64,000 nucleotides of DNA from contig CM114271.1 in NCBI GenBank assembly GCA_050084515.1, positions 41,416,001 through 41,480,000 of the forward strand. Reading direction: 5' to 3'. The notes beneath the pieces are model-generated. The model ran no database searches. It saw only the letters and a list, made by a program, of their open reading frames with translations, and was not told where the DNA came from. A program made the position numbers and the translations under genes. This document shows positions 60,001 to 64,000 of this stretch, piece after piece. Source of the stretch: Blasia pusilla (Eukaryota). Within the stretch, counting starts at the first letter, position 1; every line of letters begins with the position of its first letter.

Positions 60001-61915
60001 CTGGTCTATGATGCAATGGATGCAGGTAGGTACGACATCCCCAATTTTGTGCAACCTGAAGACTTTTTCGAAGGACATACAGAGGAGCAAGCCCTCAAGA
60101 CAACGGAGTTGGTGTCCAAGGTCGTCACCGCCAAGGACAAATCTACAGCGGGTCTCAAAGCTAAGGCGAGGGGATCGAAGAATTCTGAGGCCGAGTCTTC
60201 CCAAAAAGAGGCTGAGAATTCAAGGTGAGAGGTGGAATCGTCCGGGCGAGCGGGGAGAGAGGGTCGGACCAGGTTCTTCGCAAAAAAAACTCCACCAGAG
60301 TTTGAGGTAATAGAGACCCTAACAAGCCGACTGCAGACTCGGGAGAAGCGGAAGTGAGAGGCGACAGGTTTGTCCCGAGGAGTAGACCAGGATGTGGAAT
60401 ACACTCCATCATCCTTGGGAAGATATAGAGAAACAACAACCTGGACAAGCGTCATCATTCACTGCACGAATCATCTAGATGAGCTGCAAAGTTTTAGTTC
60501 CCAAGCGTCGACACCCGCCATCGACAAATTAACAACGCTGGGACGGGCATGCTCTGTGGACGGTCCATGGGGAGGTCGAGGAGGTGGCAATGGATCTCTT
60601 CGTCGCTGATTTTCCCTCGGGGTTGCGCTAATGAGACGAGAATCCGTCTGACGGTGTCCCAAATTGGAATGTCCCTCTTTCTTATGACCAGATCGCGCTC
60701 CTATTTTCCTTTGCAGACGCTTATCTCAGTGACAGGGGCTGTTTCTTGGTCTTGACTGGAGGGAGCGAGGATGAGCTCTTCAACCTGCAGTGCGTCAAGT
60801 GGTCGCTAAAGTGGAGGATGGCGCAATCGTGGGTCATCAAGAACGAGTACCCACTCCGATCGGCGACGAGTCAAATCCGGGTAAGGGCTCTTAATCCATC
60901 TCCAAATTGTCTTGCTCCGACGGGTTGCATGTCTCCATGCATGCAACCCGTCGGATTGTCTGAGCTGGAGACTTTGATGGTGCAATCTGTCTAAAAGCCA
61001 CGGGTTGCAAATTTACAGCAAGTCTCCATTGGATGAATGCAACCAGTTGGAACCTGACGGGTTGCAAGTGCTTATGCTTTTCCTTTTGTTTCTAGATGAT
61101 GCAACCCGTCTGAAAGCGACGGGTTGCTCTTAGCCAACCATGGGTTGCTCTAAGCCAGCAACTTGTTGCCTTCCGAGGGGTTGCTCATGGCAAAACAAAT
61201 CACTAACACTTGTAAAACAACCCGTCGGACTCCGACAAGTTGCTCCAATGTTAGGACTAAGTTCTCTGGGGTTTAGCAAAGTTCTTTGGGAATGAGTTGC
61301 ACATTGTGTCAACATTCTGATAGTATACCTTTCTTGTTGTTGCATACTGAAATTAGCTCTTTCTTGTTGCTGACATTTTTTCCAATCTGCTTCTTTACAG
61401 ATGGACCACTCCTTTGTCTATTGTTTTGTAAGGCCCGAGCACAACTTCCAAGTGTTTCAGATCCTCGATCCAGTGGATCCATGCTCCGATGGGTACAACT
61501 TAGATTGTTTATACAATTCCCCCCCTGGGGAATTTACATGCAAAATGGTACCCCCTTACTTGGAGGAAGGGAAAAGTCGCCAACGCTGATGCAAACACTC
61601 ATCGAGCTCTGCTCAAGGCCGGGTGACTTGGTGTTCAACTTAGTGGGCCTTTCAGGGGCGAGTATCAGAGGCGTCTGGCAGAGTGGCAGGAACACTATCT
61701 GCCTTGAGGGAAGGCAAGAACTATTTGACCTTTGCAAAGAGGCAAAGGTAGACTACGACAGGCTAGTTGGGGCGTACAACTCTCCTCCGAAGCCGAGAGC
61801 TCCGGTTCCACACCCACCATTGGTAGTGACACCATTGTCACTTCCTACGATTTCAAAAATTGGGAGGGCAAGGCTGACAATAATTCTGGTAGAGCTCTCG
61901 GACGATGACGAGTGA
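57029..61915 (+). pseudogene. Spliced ParB/Srx-like + beta-class N6A/N4C DNA methyltransferase-like gene (right copy, complete domain set, disrupted)
   Basis: TATAAAT at 56794 and ATG at 57029. Introns 57627-57725, from 58185, and 60881-61400. DGNQR at 58037-58051; motif IV-like DLFVADFPSG at 60593-60622; motif X/I/II region REKSPTLMQTLIELCSRPGDLVFNLVGLSGASIRGVWQSGRNTICLE at ~61568-61708. Confidence 0.8.
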
Positions 61916-61969
61916 GTTCAAAAAACTCAAGGACCCAACTTGACTGCAGCGTTTTGGAATAGGGATTTA

Positions 61970-63045
61970 TTTGATGACGAGGCAAAAGAATTCATAGAAT
62001 AGATTTTTTCGAACGATGATGGTGTTTGTAAAAGTTTTCTGAATATCTTTTTTTGTCTTGTCGATTATGATCGTCTATGTACTCCGACAGTTCAAATTGC
62101 AACCTGTCGGATTGCCACACGTTGCAACTTTTCACTTTTTGACCACTGCACCTTTTTAACCACTTCCAGGCAATCTGTTGGATTCCGACAAGTTGGTTGC
62201 GTGAGTGATCAGACTCTTTCTCTATTAGTCCAACTTTAGAGGCATTCTAGCGGGCTTCTTCACTTTGGCACCTTCCCCTAGTTTCGTCAAACAAGTCTTA
62301 GGCTTCCTCTTTTCTCTAAGACGTGTTGGATTCCTACTACCTATCGGATTGCCATGATTGTGTCTCCAAGGACAGAGCACATATTGATACTTGATGGGTG
62401 TCACCTTGTAGAGCGTACAAGATTTACTGCCAAGGAAGGCGGTGGGACTCAAATCAGGTTACATGGGACCGTTATGGTGTACCTAGGGGGGTGCCAAGGC
62501 TCTCGAATTCGCCAACATTTTCGATCCCCGTCTACAATCGGCCAAAGGAGCCACTTGTATCCCACGACATTCCTTTTGTACAGGAACCTATGAGAGTTAG
62601 GAGTAAAATTGTAGATGATGAGGCTAAAGAAATCATAGACTAGATCAAATGTACATTTCTGAGCAGCTTCGGATGTAATAAAGGACAAAATTTTTTCAAA
62701 CGATAATAGTGTTTGTAAAAGTTTGCTGAATATTTTTTTTTGGACTTGTCGATTTTGTTCGTCTAGCTACTCAGAATTTTTATTTTGCAACCCGTCGGAT
62801 TCTGACGGGTTGCAACTTTTCACTTTTTCACCACTACAACTTTTTACCCATTTCCAGGCAAGCTGTCAGATTCCGGCAGGTTGGCTGCTTGAGTGATTGG
62901 ACTCTTTCCCTATGAGACCAACTTCTGAGGCATTGTGGTGGGCTTCTTTACTTTTGGCTCGTTCCCCTTATATCGTCAAACCAGTCATAGGCTTCTTTTC
63001 TTCTCTAAGAGGTGCTGGATTCCTACTACCTGTCGGATTGCCGTT
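61970..63045. repeat. Direct duplication (~640-700-bp offset) downstream of the MTase gene
   Basis: gatgacgaggcaaaagaa..aacgatgatggtgtttgtaaaagttt..ggattcctactacct at 61973-62352 repeated at 62615-63042. Confidence 0.8.
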
Positions 63046-64000
63046 TCGGATTCCCAACCAGTTGGATTTTCGTGGGTGCAGGATGGAATGGAATCACTTC
63101 TCAAAATCTTTCCTTTGTTATGGTGAGTTTTCTTGCAAGGGGTGCAAGCCATCTGAATTCGACGGGTTGCAAGAGTTGCAACCTGTAAAATTCCGACGGA
63201 TTGGGAGGGGTGCAGCTTCTCAATTTCTCAGATTTAGGATCTGAATGAAGGGACATCAGTTCCTCTTTACTCCAAACAGCTAACAATCTTTTGGTTCAAT
63301 TATCGTCTCGTTTGTTCACATTTCACAAATTTGGTCTTGAGCAGACACCATTCATTATGGGGCAATTCAAGGGAGGCCATTATAGCAAGCAAAAAAGACG
63401 TACGCATCCGGGTGAGGTCTCATGACACATTAACACTTTAGAGACACTTGGGAATGGGGGAAGCTCAACAATTCTCATTCTGGTACTGTGTTGCCAATGG
63501 TTTTCCATAATGTATGATGAGTATTGATGCCTGGTCAAGAAGAGTCAACAATCATTTACAGGCATTTCCTTGTGCCTTTCTTTTGCAAGAAGAGATGTCA
63601 ATCCATAATGTCAACCAAATATTCCGAGAAGTTAAACCTTGAAAAGCACCGCAGTCTGTTGAGACCATCGTTAGAGTCTTTATTTGAATCTTTCATTGAG
63701 ATGAGATTGCTACTTTTGGTCAAATTATTTGCCAATGGTCCTCCAAAAAAAATACCCTTCGGCACAGCTTATTGTAGACTGAGACAAGCAATGTGAAGAA
63801 ACTTAGGCTCACATGGAGAGTGATGGAAAAATGTTTGTAGTGGTCTTATGATATCTACTTGTTTTTCGCCCCTTGGAAAAAGAGGTTTCTTTAGGCCCGA
63901 ATGTGGACTACTACATACTCTCTTCTTAAGATTTCATGAATTTGAAAGCAAACAAAAATTTCAAATATGTCAAAAAGTTTTGAAGAGAGAAGGCGGATTT

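Larger units (their letters stand above)
50470..60149. repeat. Large inverted repeat: arms 50470-53927 and 56441-60149 with a ~2.5-kb spacer
   Basis: For example, gctgtagatttgtccttggcgg (50470) vs ccgccaaggacaaatctacagc (to 60149), and cttccttcatgtaagcgttacaagg (53882) vs ccttgtaacgcttacatgaaggaag (56462). Colinear throughout, with indels. Confidence 0.95.
51800..63200. repeat. Dispersed and tandem palindrome family GCAACCCGTCGGAnTCCGACGGGTTGC
   Basis: Perfect example caacctgtcgga-g-tccgacaggttg at 51879-51903; near-perfect at 58652 and 62785-62815. ~62-65-bp tandem units at 51980-52205 and 58277-58495. Confidence 0.92.

Overview
Eukaryotic, intron-containing, repeat-rich DNA. It looks like a land plant, probably a non-seed plant such as a bryophyte (inference from gene style and TE content). 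There are two host genes: a 6-exon ankyrin+BTB/POZ gene (minus, 1692-4650) and a 13-exon NDR/STK38-type AGC kinase (plus, 30036-36815, with a 1-nt frameshift in exon 1). The rest is mostly nested mobile DNA: degenerate Copia, Gypsy and LINE relics, Helitron-like 3' ends, and a near full-length LINE in a (CT)n tract with an internal fold-back. Two different DNA-methyltransferase-carrying elements stand out. (1) A Ty3/Gypsy family has domain order gag-PR-[DNMT3-like C5 cytosine methyltransferase]-RT-RH-INT-PHD finger. It is present as two partial copies (20.2-26.2 kb, 47.4-50.5 kb) that together supply MTase motifs I, IV, VI, VIII, IX and X. (2) A spliced gene encodes a ParB/Srx-like domain (DGNHR) followed by a beta-class N6A/N4C amino-methyltransferase-like domain. 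It occurs as two divergent copies forming ~3.5-kb inverted arms (50.5-53.9 / 56.4-60.1 kb), and its introns and flanks contain dozens of copies of one ~27-bp palindrome. All of these copies carry stops or frameshifts. All calls come from reading motifs by eye; no database searches were run.
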